From: Candidatus Uhrbacteria bacterium
GTDB lineage: Bacteria; Patescibacteriota; Patescibacteriia; UBA9934; UBA11717
Direction: 5' to 3'
Length of the DNA stretch: 46,955 bases
Assembly: GCA_018701105.1 (NCBI GenBank)
Contig: JABIWD010000004.1
Location: forward strand, 1 to 46,955
Both the position numbers and the translations under genes were made by a program. The notes beneath the pieces are model-generated. The model saw only the letters and a program-made list of their open reading frames with translations, did not search any database and was not told the origin of the DNA. Below are positions 38,068 through 46,955 of the stretch, piece by piece. Each line of letters begins with the position of its first letter. Position 1 is the first letter of the stretch.

Positions 38068-39363
38068 TTACGCCTGCTTTACCATCTTCTCGCGCAAGAA
38101 TGCAATCACTTTCTGGTTTCGCATTCGGTGCTTCATGTACTCTCGGTACTGCGCAGTCTCTACCTGCTCCTTCTGCGCCTCGTTATCCTGATAAAAACTT
38201 GCTTGCTTTGTAATCTCCTCGGTCACGTCGTCGTCAGTTGCTTCAATCTCCTCTACCTTCGCAACCTCTCGCAACACAAGCGCTACCTTAACTCGCAATT
38301 CGGCCTGGTCCTTCCATGACTCTCGCAGCTCCTTTGGAGTTTTACTGATCTGCTGTAGGTAATCTACAAACTTTCCTCCCTGTCGTTCAACAGAATGCTC
38401 CAACTCGTGCACCATCTTGTCGAGCTCGTCGTTTACGAGCGCCTCAGGGATGTCTTCAAACTTTGTCTTGTTAGAAAGAAGCTCCAACATCTCTCGCTCC
38501 TGTCGATTCTTCTCCTCCTCAATCTGTTCCTTCTCCAAATTCTCTCGCAACTTTGTCTTAAGCTCTTCCAAAGACTCCAAACCGATGCTCTTTGCAAATT
38601 CTTCGTTGATCTCGGGCTTGTCCAACTTGAAAACCTCATTAACCTTAACCTCGGCATCAACCTCGTTACCGGCTAGGTTCTTTTGATAGTGATCTTCTGG
38701 GAAAGTTACCTTGAAAGTCTTCTCCTCACCTTCCTTCATTCCCTTCACACCTTCTTTAATACCAGGAACAACAGTATCCTGCGCCATGTAGACTTTAAAT
38801 CCCTGTGCCTGCCCTCCTTCAAGAGGCACATTGTCTTTCTTTAACATAAGGTCGATCACTCCAAGCTCATCGTCGCCCAATACAGTACCTTTATCTGCAC
38901 GTACTTCCTTTGTCTGCATGCGCGCGATCTCCTCAACAGCTTTGTCCACCTCTTTCTCTTCCACCTTCTTCCCGGCAGACTTAATAGACAACTTCTTGTA
39001 GTCACCGAGCTTTGTGATGGCTGGCATCAATGCAATCACCGCAGTGAAAACAAGATCGTTCCCAGGAACCATCTTCTCAATGTCGATCTTTGGCATTCCT
39101 ACTCCGTTCAAATCCTCCTTATCCGCCGCCTGCACGTAATACAAGCTAACCGCAGGCTCAAGTGCCTCCTCCAGCACCTTCATCTCTCCAACCTGATTAA
39201 TAACAGCATCGAGTGTGGCCTTCCCCTTTCGGAAACCATCAATCTCCATACCTTCAGAGATATGTGTAGCTGCAGTCAACAAGAATGGCTGCATCTCCTC
39301 GTTTGTGACTGTAATAGTCAACTTCACCTCGTTCTTTGAAATGTCTTCGCGTTTCACGTTCAT
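38068..39363 (-). CDS. tig: Trigger factor
   Basis: 'IDGFRKGKA' ribosome-binding motif; FKBP-like 'VTFPEDHY..NLAG'. Confidence 0.95.
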   Translation of the reverse strand: MNVKREDISKNEVKLTITVTNEEMQPFLLTAATHISEGMEIDGFRKGKATLDAVINQVGEMKVLEEALEPAVSLYYVQAADKEDLNGVGMPKIDIEKMVPGNDLVFTAVIALMPAITKLGDYKKLSIKSAGKKVEEKEVDKAVEEIARMQTKEVRADKGTVLGDDELGVIDLMLKKDNVPLEGGQAQGFKVYMAQDTVVPGIKEGVKGMKEGEEKTFKVTFPEDHYQKNLAGNEVDAEVKVNEVFKLDKPEINEEFAKSIGLESLEELKTKLRENLEKEQIEEEKNRQEREMLELLSNKTKFEDIPEALVNDELDKMVHELEHSVERQGGKFVDYLQQISKTPKELRESWKDQAELRVKVALVLREVAKVEEIEATDDDVTEEITKQASFYQDNEAQKEQVETAQYREYMKHRMRNQKVIAFLREKMVKQA

Positions 39364-39469
39364 ATATATAGATAAGTATGCGCGGAGGATAAAGAAAATA
39401 CAGGTCTGTGTCAAGTATTACGCCTTGAAATAAAAAACGGGCACCCAGAGGATGCCGTCTCGTAGTTGT

Positions 39470-39841
39470 CTATGCGACTCGAGCGAGTGCCAGCTCGTCC
39501 TTGACGAGCTCTCGGAATGGCGCGATCTGATCCATCCGCCCCCAAGCACCGACCCAGTTCCAGTGGCCGCTCTCACGAAGAAAGCTACCACACGGAAGCG
39601 CGCTCCACTTGATGGCAGGATCATCTCTGTCGATGGTGCGCAGGTACCTCCTGATCATGCCGTCGTACAGGCACGCGTTCCCGTTGAAGAACGATGCATC
39701 GCCTGCCACCAGATCCCGCTTCCCAGTTCCACGATTGAAGATCACCATGAAGGCAACCTTATCAAGGATCACGAGCATGTCTGCAGCCTCTTGTCCGGTC
39801 AGAGGCGTCGTGCCCCTCTCAGTGTAAAGCAATACTCTCAC
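39470..39841 (-). CDS. Hypothetical protein (orphan cassette)
   Basis: GAGGAGG SD before GTG; TTGACA at about 39908 on the minus strand; hairpin at about 39432-39460. Confidence 0.62.
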   Translation of the reverse strand: MRVLLYTERGTTPLTGQEAADMLVILDKVAFMVIFNRGTGKRDLVAGDASFFNGNACLYDGMIRRYLRTIDRDDPAIKWSALPCGSFLRESGHWNWVGAWGRMDQIAPFRELVKDELALARVA

Positions 39842-39940
39842 ATCAACCTCCTCGGTTTCCCCGGTTTTTAGGTGACTGGAGCCTACTCAATTTCCCTGGT
39901 TTTGTCAACCCAAAAGACGAGCTCCCGCCCGTCTTTTGTT

Positions 39941-41245
39941 TTATCGAATGTATTCCAATGGGTTTACGAACTTTCCGTTTCGGATCACCTCAAAGTGAAG
40001 GTGGGTTCCGGTGGATCGTCCCGTTGTTCCACAGACTCCCAACGGAGTTCCCTGTGAAATCTGCTGACCGTCTGACACGGCTAGGCTCGCATGGTGTCCG
40101 TATCGAGTAACGATTCCATTTCCATGGTTAATCTCCACCGTCAGACCATAACCGCCCTTCCATCCTGCAAACTGCACGTACCCGTCGTCGGACGCGTAGT
40201 TGTGGTGTGTGAAGTGACAGTCGACGTCCAGACCCGTATGCCTCCAACCGTAGTACTGCGTGATCGTTCGCAAGTCTGTTGGCCAGATCATTCGCCCGGG
40301 ACTCTTAGGAGCAGGAGTTGCCGGAGTCGATGGCGCCGCTGTTGGGGTCGAGAAGACTCGAGCGACCGACGTTGTTCTTGATGGAGCTGAGGCGATCAAC
40401 TTACCATCTGGGATCAATAGAAGCTCGCCGATCGAAAGATCACCTGCGTCTGCCAAGTTGTTAAATGTCAAAATCTTTTCGGTATCAGAATCGTACTTGT
40501 TCGCGATCTTGATCAACGTATCGCCCGACTTAACCTTATGCTGAACTCCATCAACCGGCATGATGGTCAACTCGTTCCCCGGTCGAATAACTGACCGCGT
40601 ACTCAAACTGTTTGACCACAGCAATGTGTTGATAGAAATTCCATGAGCCTGCGCGATAGTTCCCAAAGTGTCTCCGATCTGAACTTCATACTCCGTCACG
40701 TCAGTCCTTGGCGCCACACTCTCGCCGACCTCAGAGATCGTAGGTGCAACAATGGCAGCTCCACCAGATACCACGGCAACATAGTCGTCCAATGGATCAT
40801 GGAAGTCTATGTCAGGTTGCACGCTCAACGCAGAGAGTCCTAAATAGTTTGATGGTTTTGAAACAGGAGCGTCCGATCGCACAACGATCGTGACATTAGA
40901 CTGATCAGACACCAAGCCATACAAAATACTCTTTTGTCCAAAGTCCTCCGCACGCAAACCACTCGCTTGAACGTTCATTACACTCGTTCCAAATGCGACC
41001 AATACCACCAACACATGAATCGCGTATCGGTTTGTAAGGAAGTACATCAGTTTGTTCTTCCCGGGCACATAAAATTTTGCCGTTGCTCGTCGAATATAGA
41101 AAATAGCCCGATACAGCGGAACTCCAATTGTCCGCAATAACGAACGAGTTCCCCACTGTAGTGGGATCGCTAGCCATCGCAGAAGGCGCTTGGCATAGAA
41201 GGTTGTTATGGCGCTACCTTTGACTACAAGTATGAATACTCGCAC
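39941..41245 (-). CDS. LysM + M23 metallopeptidase
   Basis: Two LysM repeats ('YEVQIGDTLGTIA', 'HKVKSGDTLIKIA'); 'HTGLD', 'YGH' and 'STGTHLHFEV'. Confidence 0.93.
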   Translation of the reverse strand: MRVFILVVKGSAITTFYAKRLLRWLAIPLQWGTRSLLRTIGVPLYRAIFYIRRATAKFYVPGKNKLMYFLTNRYAIHVLVVLVAFGTSVMNVQASGLRAEDFGQKSILYGLVSDQSNVTIVVRSDAPVSKPSNYLGLSALSVQPDIDFHDPLDDYVAVVSGGAAIVAPTISEVGESVAPRTDVTEYEVQIGDTLGTIAQAHGISINTLLWSNSLSTRSVIRPGNELTIMPVDGVQHKVKSGDTLIKIANKYDSDTEKILTFNNLADAGDLSIGELLLIPDGKLIASAPSRTTSVARVFSTPTAAPSTPATPAPKSPGRMIWPTDLRTITQYYGWRHTGLDVDCHFTHHNYASDDGYVQFAGWKGGYGLTVEINHGNGIVTRYGHHASLAVSDGQQISQGTPLGVCGTTGRSTGTHLHFEVIRNGKFVNPLEYIR

Positions 41246-41319
41246 TAAGATGCGCTTTATTTGTAGGTAAATATGCTCTCTTTAAGAGAAAGTTACGATA
41301 TCTCGAAAATGGGAACTCG

Positions 41320-42069
41320 TCAATCAGTATGACTACCAACTCTTTTGTGTGGGTCTTTGTACGCAAGAGCAGGCGGATCCAGGTATTCGTTCAACTGCGG
41401 AATCCCTTTCAACGCCGGAGGACCGCTGAGTGACCCCTCTACCCTCTCCAAACGATCATCGTCACCGTTCATAACCGTGACATACGAATGCCACGAGCTC
41501 TCGCCATCATTTTGATAGTACACAACACGCCGCTCAACCTTTCCATCAAGACCAAAGAAGTCGTCGTACACCATCTCGCCTTCATGACCATCATCCGCGT
41601 AAGTCCTCTGCTTGAAAAGCTTGCCGTCAACCTTCACTTCTTCTTGTGAGACAGTGCCGTCATTCCTGAACGCGCGATGAATCCATTGTTGCTGTTCCTT
41701 GCCATCCGCGCGTGCGATCGTTCGCATGTCCTCCAACTCAACGGTGCCATCCGGCATCTCCGCATATGCCCAAGACACCTCACCCGCCGGCATAACACCG
41801 GCCAGCCCCTTGTCGTACACCACGTAGTCCACCGGCAACCTCTGGTCGCCCGGCCGACTCAAGTGCTCGGACGACACAAAGACCTCGGTAGACTCAACGT
41901 TGACATTCAAGTCGACGTTTGCGTCGCGTCTGTCCTCTGTTCCATAGTCGGAGAGGTTGATGCCGTGAGAAATCTCATCAACTTCAACTGCATCCTCTCT
42001 CCGGCGAAGATCCTCTACCCTTGGAGCCTCAAAACGTTCCGATAATTGTGACGATGGTAGTTCACTCAT
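41320..42069 (-). CDS. Hypothetical acidic beta-rich protein
   Basis: ATGA overlap with the rnhB stop; 249 aa. Confidence 0.65.
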   Translation of the reverse strand: MSELPSSQLSERFEAPRVEDLRRREDAVEVDEISHGINLSDYGTEDRRDANVDLNVNVESTEVFVSSEHLSRPGDQRLPVDYVVYDKGLAGVMPAGEVSWAYAEMPDGTVELEDMRTIARADGKEQQQWIHRAFRNDGTVSQEEVKVDGKLFKQRTYADDGHEGEMVYDDFFGLDGKVERRVVYYQNDGESSWHSYVTVMNGDDDRLERVEGSLSGPPALKGIPQLNEYLDPPALAYKDPHKRVGSHTD

Positions 42070-42656
42070 ATTGATATTGTAAATGATGCTCTATGTGCGC
42101 TTATCCGTCCGTGGTCAGCAACCGCCTGTCGGTGCTGCACAGTGCCGTAGCCTTTGTGTTTCGCAAATCCGTACTGCGGAAATTCTGTCTCGAGCTTTAA
42201 CATCATGCGATCTCGCGTTACTTTGGCTATGATCGATGCGGCCGCTATGCAGAATTCTTTTTGATCTCCCTTTATTATAGCAGTCTGTGGAAAATCTATG
42301 TTGATCGTATGTGCATCAACGAGCACATGTTCCACTTCTTCGAGCTCAGATACGGCTTTCTCCATCGCAAGTAGTGAGGCCTCCCGAATATTAATCTCAT
42401 CGATCACCGTAGCATCCACAATCCCGATACCAATGGAGATTGCAGCCAGATGTATCTCGTCAAACATCCTGTCACGAGCCTTTGCCGTCATTAACTTGGA
42501 ATCTCTTACCGCCAAACCATGATTTGCAGGCAAAATTACTGCTCCCGCTACCACTGGGCCGGCCAAAGCACCGGCGCCAGCCTCGTCTACGCCTGCTATT
42601 AGCACCAAACCAGAGGATCGGAGCTTTTTTGCGATATCACCGGTAGGCAAAATCAT
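42066..42656 (-). CDS. rnhB: Ribonuclease HII
   Basis: 'GVDEAG.G.LAGPV', 'DSK', 'KGD' and 'IAAASIIAKVTRD...HKGYGT'. Confidence 0.93.
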   Translation of the reverse strand: MILPTGDIAKKLRSSGLVLIAGVDEAGAGALAGPVVAGAVILPANHGLAVRDSKLMTAKARDRMFDEIHLAAISIGIGIVDATVIDEINIREASLLAMEKAVSELEEVEHVLVDAHTINIDFPQTAIIKGDQKEFCIAAASIIAKVTRDRMMLKLETEFPQYGFAKHKGYGTVQHRQAVADHGRISAHRASFTISI

Positions 42657-42746
42657 ATTTGGGTCGTTTTTATTGACATTTTCGGCTAACATAACGTATT
42701 ATAGCGTCACTTCGTATTAATTGAAAGACACGATTCTAATCTATAT

Positions 42747-44738
42747 ATGAGCACGATCTCATTCGCTATCGTAGCCAGCCTTATTGGGCTAATCTACGGA
42801 CTTTACTTAGTTCGATGGATCCTACGTCTTCCTGCCGGGGAAGGAAAAATGACCGGTATCGCTTTAGCCATCCAGGAAGGGGCAAAAGCATTTCTAAATC
42901 GCCAGTACACAATGATCTCCTACATCGGAATAGGTGCATTGATACTTATCTGGGCCTTCCTTGGCATGAACACAGCCATTGGTTTCCTTATCGGAGCCGT
43001 TTTATCCGGAACAGCCGGGTACCTTGGTATGTGGGTGTCAGTTCGAGCTAACGTTCGAACTGCAGAAGCCGCAAAGAAGGGAGTTCACGAGGCAGTAGAG
43101 GTCGCAGTTAAAGGAGGTGCTATCACAGGTCTATTCGTTGTAGGTCTTGCACTTCTTGGACTAAGCCTATTCTGGCACTTCACTGGAGACGTTCAGGCAC
43201 TACTTGGATTCGCCTTTGGTGGATCTTTGATTTCAGTGTTCGCACGACTTGGTGGAGGAATCTTCACAAAGGCTGCTGACGTTGGAGCAGACCTTGTTGG
43301 AAAGGTGGAAGCCGGAATTCCAGAAGACGACCCACGAAACCCAGCCGTTATTGCAGACAATGTTGGAGACAACGTTGGAGACTGTGCAGGAATGGCCGCT
43401 GACTTGTTTGAGACATACGCAGTGACTGCGGTTGCCGCTATGTTGCTCGCGTACATTTCATTCGCTGGGAATGATGTAGTTGTTTTATTCCCTCTGGTAC
43501 TTGGTGCAATATCCATAATCACAGGAATCATAGGACTATTCTTTATCAAGCTTGGACCTAAGTTGAACATCATGGCCGCCCTTTACAAAGGATTGGCCGT
43601 ATCAGCAATACTTTCTGCTGTTGCGTTCTACTTTGCAGCAAAGTGGCAGCTTGATGGTATCGAAGGTATCAACTCAATGAATATCTTCTGGTCAGCCATG
43701 GTGGGACTCGGTATCACCGGACTCCTTGTATGGATTACGGAATACTACACATCAACAGAATTCAGCCCAGTAAAGAATCTTGCAAAGGCCTCTGAGACTG
43801 GACACGGAACAAACGTGATTGCGGGGCTCGCGCTTTCAATGCGCTCAACTGCATATCCGATTATAGTCATCGTTGCAGGAATGCTTCTAGCCTCATGGCT
43901 TGGCGGACTATTCGGAATTGCAATCGCTGCAATGTCGATGTTGTCTCTAGCAGGTGTAATCGTAACGCTCGATGCGTTCGGGCCTATCGCAGATAACGCA
44001 GGTGGAATTGCCGAGATGGCAGAGCTTCCAGAGAAGGTTCGAGAAGTTACAGATGAACTCGACGCTGTTGGAAACACAACGAAGGCCGTAACAAAGGGTT
44101 ACGCCATTGGATCAGCCGCTCTTGCAACTCTAGTTCTCTTTGGAGACTACACTCACAAGCTAGAGGAGCTTGGAGCAGGAGCTGAGTTCCTAATCAACGA
44201 CCCTAAGGTTATTGCAGGACTCTTTATTGGAGGACTTCTTCCTTACCTCTTTGGTGCATTTGCCATGGAGGCAGTTGGAAAGGTTGCTGGTAAGGTTGTT
44301 GAAGAAGTTCGACGACAGTTCCGAGAGATCAAAGGAATCATGGATGGTTCAGGAAAGCCTGAGTACGGAGTCTGCGTGGACATCGTTACAAAGGGTGCAT
44401 TGAACGCGATGATCGTACCTTCATTGATTCCTATCGTTGTTCCTATCGCAGTTGGATTCATCCTAGGGCCAGCGGCTCTAGGAGGTGTACTGATCGGATC
44501 AATCATCACGGGAATCTTTGTTGCGATCTCTATGACCACAGGTGGTGGTGCATGGGACAACGCAAAGAAGTATGTTGAACTTGGAAACTTTGGTGGTAAA
44601 GGATCTGTTGCGCACGCCGCAGCAGTTACAGGAGATACAGTTGGTGATCCATACAAGGACACAGCTGGTCCAGCTATCAACCCAATGATCAAAATCGTAA
44701 ACCTTGTAGCGCTACTAATCGTGGCCCTCATCGTTTAA
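42747..44738 (+). CDS. hppA: Membrane-bound H+-translocating pyrophosphatase, K+-independent signature
   Basis: '[19 protein letters not shown]', 'DNVGDNVGD', 'GNTTKA' (Lys at the K+-determinant site) and '[10 protein letters not shown]'. Confidence 0.95.
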   Translation: MSTISFAIVASLIGLIYGLYLVRWILRLPAGEGKMTGIALAIQEGAKAFLNRQYTMISYIGIGALILIWAFLGMNTAIGFLIGAVLSGTAGYLGMWVSVRANVRTAEAAKKGVHEAVEVAVKGGAITGLFVVGLALLGLSLFWHFTGDVQALLGFAFGGSLISVFARLGGGIFTKAADVGADLVGKVEAGIPEDDPRNPAVIADNVGDNVGDCAGMAADLFETYAVTAVAAMLLAYISFAGNDVVVLFPLVLGAISIITGIIGLFFIKLGPKLNIMAALYKGLAVSAILSAVAFYFAAKWQLDGIEGINSMNIFWSAMVGLGITGLLVWITEYYTSTEFSPVKNLAKASETGHGTNVIAGLALSMRSTAYPIIVIVAGMLLASWLGGLFGIAIAAMSMLSLAGVIVTLDAFGPIADNAGGIAEMAELPEKVREVTDELDAVGNTTKAVTKGYAIGSAALATLVLFGDYTHKLEELGAGAEFLINDPKVIAGLFIGGLLPYLFGAFAMEAVGKVAGKVVEEVRRQFREIKGIMDGSGKPEYGVCVDIVTKGALNAMIVPSLIPIVVPIAVGFILGPAALGGVLIGSIITGIFVAISMTTGGGAWDNAKKYVELGNFGGKGSVAHAAAVTGDTVGDPYKDTAGPAINPMIKIVNLVALLIVALIV

Positions 44739-44747
44739 CAAGAAAAT

Positions 44748-44775
44748 AAAGCAGCCCTTAACGGGGCTGTTTTTG
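44748..44775 (+). terminator. Intrinsic terminator after hppA
   Basis: GCAGCCC-ttaacg-GGGCTGT followed by a T-run. Confidence 0.75.
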
Positions 44776-44847
44776 TTTGCGGTGGGTATTGACACCTTGT
44801 ACTTTCCGTGATAACACTGAAGCAGATCAACCGAAAGGAGATCCACT

Positions 44848-45573
44848 ATGGCACTTCAGCCACAGGTGAATAGCACAGAGGTCGTCCAAGACGGCGACTG
44901 TCTCGAGGTGGAGTTTTCGAAGACGAGAGTCAAGGTCACCAACGTGCGCGATGACGAAGCGTTGGGAACCGGAACCCATAGCTTCGACATGAGGCTGACT
45001 CCGGACGGAGTGAGGCCTCGCCTCTTCTTCAAGGTCTGGAGCCTGGTTCACGAGCTCTTCCTGAACGGCCATGGCAGGACCTTCTGCAAGGTTCCGTTGC
45101 CCCAGAGTGGCGACGCGTGGTGCGGAGGAGGATACGTCAAACATGAGGACGGCTCCGGCGAGGTCAGCGAGTACACCGTGCAAGGTGGCGATACGATCAC
45201 ACTGCGCACCCCTGTCCACGGTGACAAGGAGTGTGAGTGGGATGTCGCGCTGATCCGAGGTGCTCGCGAGATCGCGAAGAGGAAGTTCCACGAGGGCGGA
45301 CTCGGCAACTTCGAGACGGAGATGCTCTACGCACTGCACCGGACCGCCATGTTGGCGATGGTACAGCACCTGAACCCGCGAGGGCTTGGTGTCTGTGTCT
45401 GGCACGTGGACCTGGACCATGGAAGGCGCGGAGACCACCATGGAGGCGGGATCAAGCACGAAGTCAACTACGGTTTGCAGGGCTACAACATCGACGGGAT
45501 CGACCGGGGAGCCGCACGGGCGATCACGACCGTCGACTTCATGGTCCTGCCAGTCGGTACGCCACTCCGATAA
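44848..45573 (+). CDS. Hypothetical protein (orphan cassette)
   Basis: TTGACA-N17-TAACAC-like promoter at about 44789; AAGGAG SD; GC3-rich; terminator at 45574-45612. Confidence 0.7.
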   Translation: MALQPQVNSTEVVQDGDCLEVEFSKTRVKVTNVRDDEALGTGTHSFDMRLTPDGVRPRLFFKVWSLVHELFLNGHGRTFCKVPLPQSGDAWCGGGYVKHEDGSGEVSEYTVQGGDTITLRTPVHGDKECEWDVALIRGAREIAKRKFHEGGLGNFETEMLYALHRTAMLAMVQHLNPRGLGVCVWHVDLDHGRRGDHHGGGIKHEVNYGLQGYNIDGIDRGAARAITTVDFMVLPVGTPLR

Positions 45574-45661
45574 ACGTCGGGCCTCAGCGCATGCTGGGGC
45601 CCGTTTTTTTTTAAATAAAAAAGGCGCACGACAGAAGGTCGCACGCCCCGTAGTACTCGAT

Positions 45662-46324
45662 CTACCCAACTTCTCCCTCTGGGAGCCGCTTGGGCTTGCG
45701 AAGCGCTCGCAGCGCGAGAAGCCGAGCGACGCCCTGCGCGTACACCCTCAGCTGAGCGCGAACCTGACGCTTCTCTTCCACGCTCGTCCGCGAACCACGT
45801 TCGATTCGGCACTCGATCCTCCGAAGCAAGTCCGTGAAACGCGCCAGCGGCGTGTCCGGCACGGCCTCACCATCGGCAAGATGTGCCAGGATGTCCCCGG
45901 CCTCACGCCTCACGCACGGCACGACAGGCACGGTGCCCGTTGTGACCTGCGAACTCACGGCGTAGCTGATGAGTAGCGGCCTCGTTGCCTTGAGCAATCC
46001 CCGAGACTCGAGCCTGTCTGCGAAGTCGTGAACCAAGCGCACCAAGTCCACTGGCCCATCCGCAGGGAAACGGCACCTTCCGATGTCGATTACAGCACGC
46101 TGATTTCCCCTGCGACGGACAATGATCCTACTGGCCCTCAATCCGTTGTAGGCCTCACGATTTTGGGTGGTCACGCCTCCAAATAGACTCGAGTACGCAC
46201 CGAAGATGCTGTTGGTCGTCGCGGCTCCATCGGACCGGAATCCCTGAATACACCAGCCCAAGAGTACCCACCTCGCCTCAGCCTCATCCAATTCTATCTG
46301 TCTCTCCCCACTCTTGCTAGTCAT
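45662..46324 (-). CDS. Hypothetical Arg-rich protein (orphan cassette)
   Basis: GAGG SD before ATG at 46324; TTGACA at about 46393 on the minus strand. Confidence 0.55.
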   Translation of the reverse strand: MTSKSGERQIELDEAEARWVLLGWCIQGFRSDGAATTNSIFGAYSSLFGGVTTQNREAYNGLRASRIIVRRRGNQRAVIDIGRCRFPADGPVDLVRLVHDFADRLESRGLLKATRPLLISYAVSSQVTTGTVPVVPCVRREAGDILAHLADGEAVPDTPLARFTDLLRRIECRIERGSRTSVEEKRQVRAQLRVYAQGVARLLALRALRKPKRLPEGEVG

Positions 46325-46452
46325 GAAAGTCCTCTCTCTAGCTCTAGCGAAATCGCTAGTTTTTAACCTATCAGCAAAATGTGAGATTGTCAACAAAAAA
46401 ACCTGGCTGCACGAGCGTGCAACCAGATCACGTTTGACTACCTCTCCTCACT

Positions 46453-46953
46453 CTACTGCGCACCTGCCACGCGCTCAAGACCTTCCTGAACGCTCTGCAA
46501 ATCCGCATCAGAGGCTCCCGGCACGATCTCTGCGAGCATCGTACCCAACTCCTCGACCAGGTCACCGACCGGCTCGCGCTGTGTTACCGACTTCCGCGTC
46601 TTCGGCCCCACGCGCTCCATCACATCCAGGTCCATGTCGCCCATGTGCCTGGGAACCGGTGCCCAGAACTTGCCGAGCGGCACCAACGCGATGCCTTTCT
46701 CGACGTCGACGATGTAACCGAGGATGGTCAGCCTCATCTTGAGCTGATCGAGACTCGTCCCCCTGCGGTCACCACCGAACTCGGTCATGTACCACGCACG
46801 GAAACCCTGAAGCAGCGGCGCGCCTCCTCGCGAAAGGAACGCCTCTACAACCAGCCTGTCCGTGTCACAGAGTTCCTTGCTGTCCTCGTTGGCGCGCAAC
46901 GTGAACAGGGCCTCGCCTTTCCTCAACCTGCCCGCGAGCTTGCACGCGTTGAA
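46453..46953 (-). CDS. Hypothetical protein, 5'-truncated by the window edge
   Basis: Frame stays open to the window end; GC3-rich codons. Confidence 0.6.
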   Translation of the reverse strand, partial: FNACKLAGRLRKGEALFTLRANEDSKELCDTDRLVVEAFLSRGGAPLLQGFRAWYMTEFGGDRRGTSLDQLKMRLTILGYIVDVEKGIALVPLGKFWAPVPRHMGDMDLDVMERVGPKTRKSVTQREPVGDLVEELGTMLAEIVPGASDADLQSVQEGLERVAGAQ

Positions 46954-46955
46954 GT

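Noticed and set aside
1-46955. Alternative genetic code (UGA=Gly as in Gracilibacteria/Absconditabacteria)
   Set aside because: Conserved genes such as ruvB, the flippase and rnhB end at TGA at expected lengths and have no in-frame TGA.

Overview
The window looks like a chromosomal segment of a Patescibacteria/CPR bacterium, probably Parcubacteria/ABY1-like. This is inferred from the short-type ProRS, the array of VirB2/TrbC-like pilins, the bifunctional PGI/PMI, the H+-PPase and the very compact, near-leaderless core genes; it uses the standard code with TGA as stop. Housekeeping genes (proS, ruvB, cca, galU, iscS/iscU/ferredoxin, tig, rnhB, hppA, wzx/wzy-like genes, cell-wall hydrolases) and three canonical tRNAs (Gly-GCC, Leu-TAA, Ser-CGA) are interleaved with about 14 GC3-rich orphan genes, most with their own TTGACA-like promoter, Shine-Dalgarno and terminator. 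The most unusual signal is at about 978-1860: two paralogous transcription units (promoter, structured leader, intrinsic terminator, non-canonical tRNA with Ala G3:U70/A73 identity). Each leader carries segments antisense to its own tRNA's anticodon and D arms, and these segments co-vary between the copies. A second candidate is an exact 30-bp-period alternating repeat array between the tRNA-Ser 3' end and a solo GIY-YIG nuclease. All functional interpretations come from reading the sequence; no searches were run.
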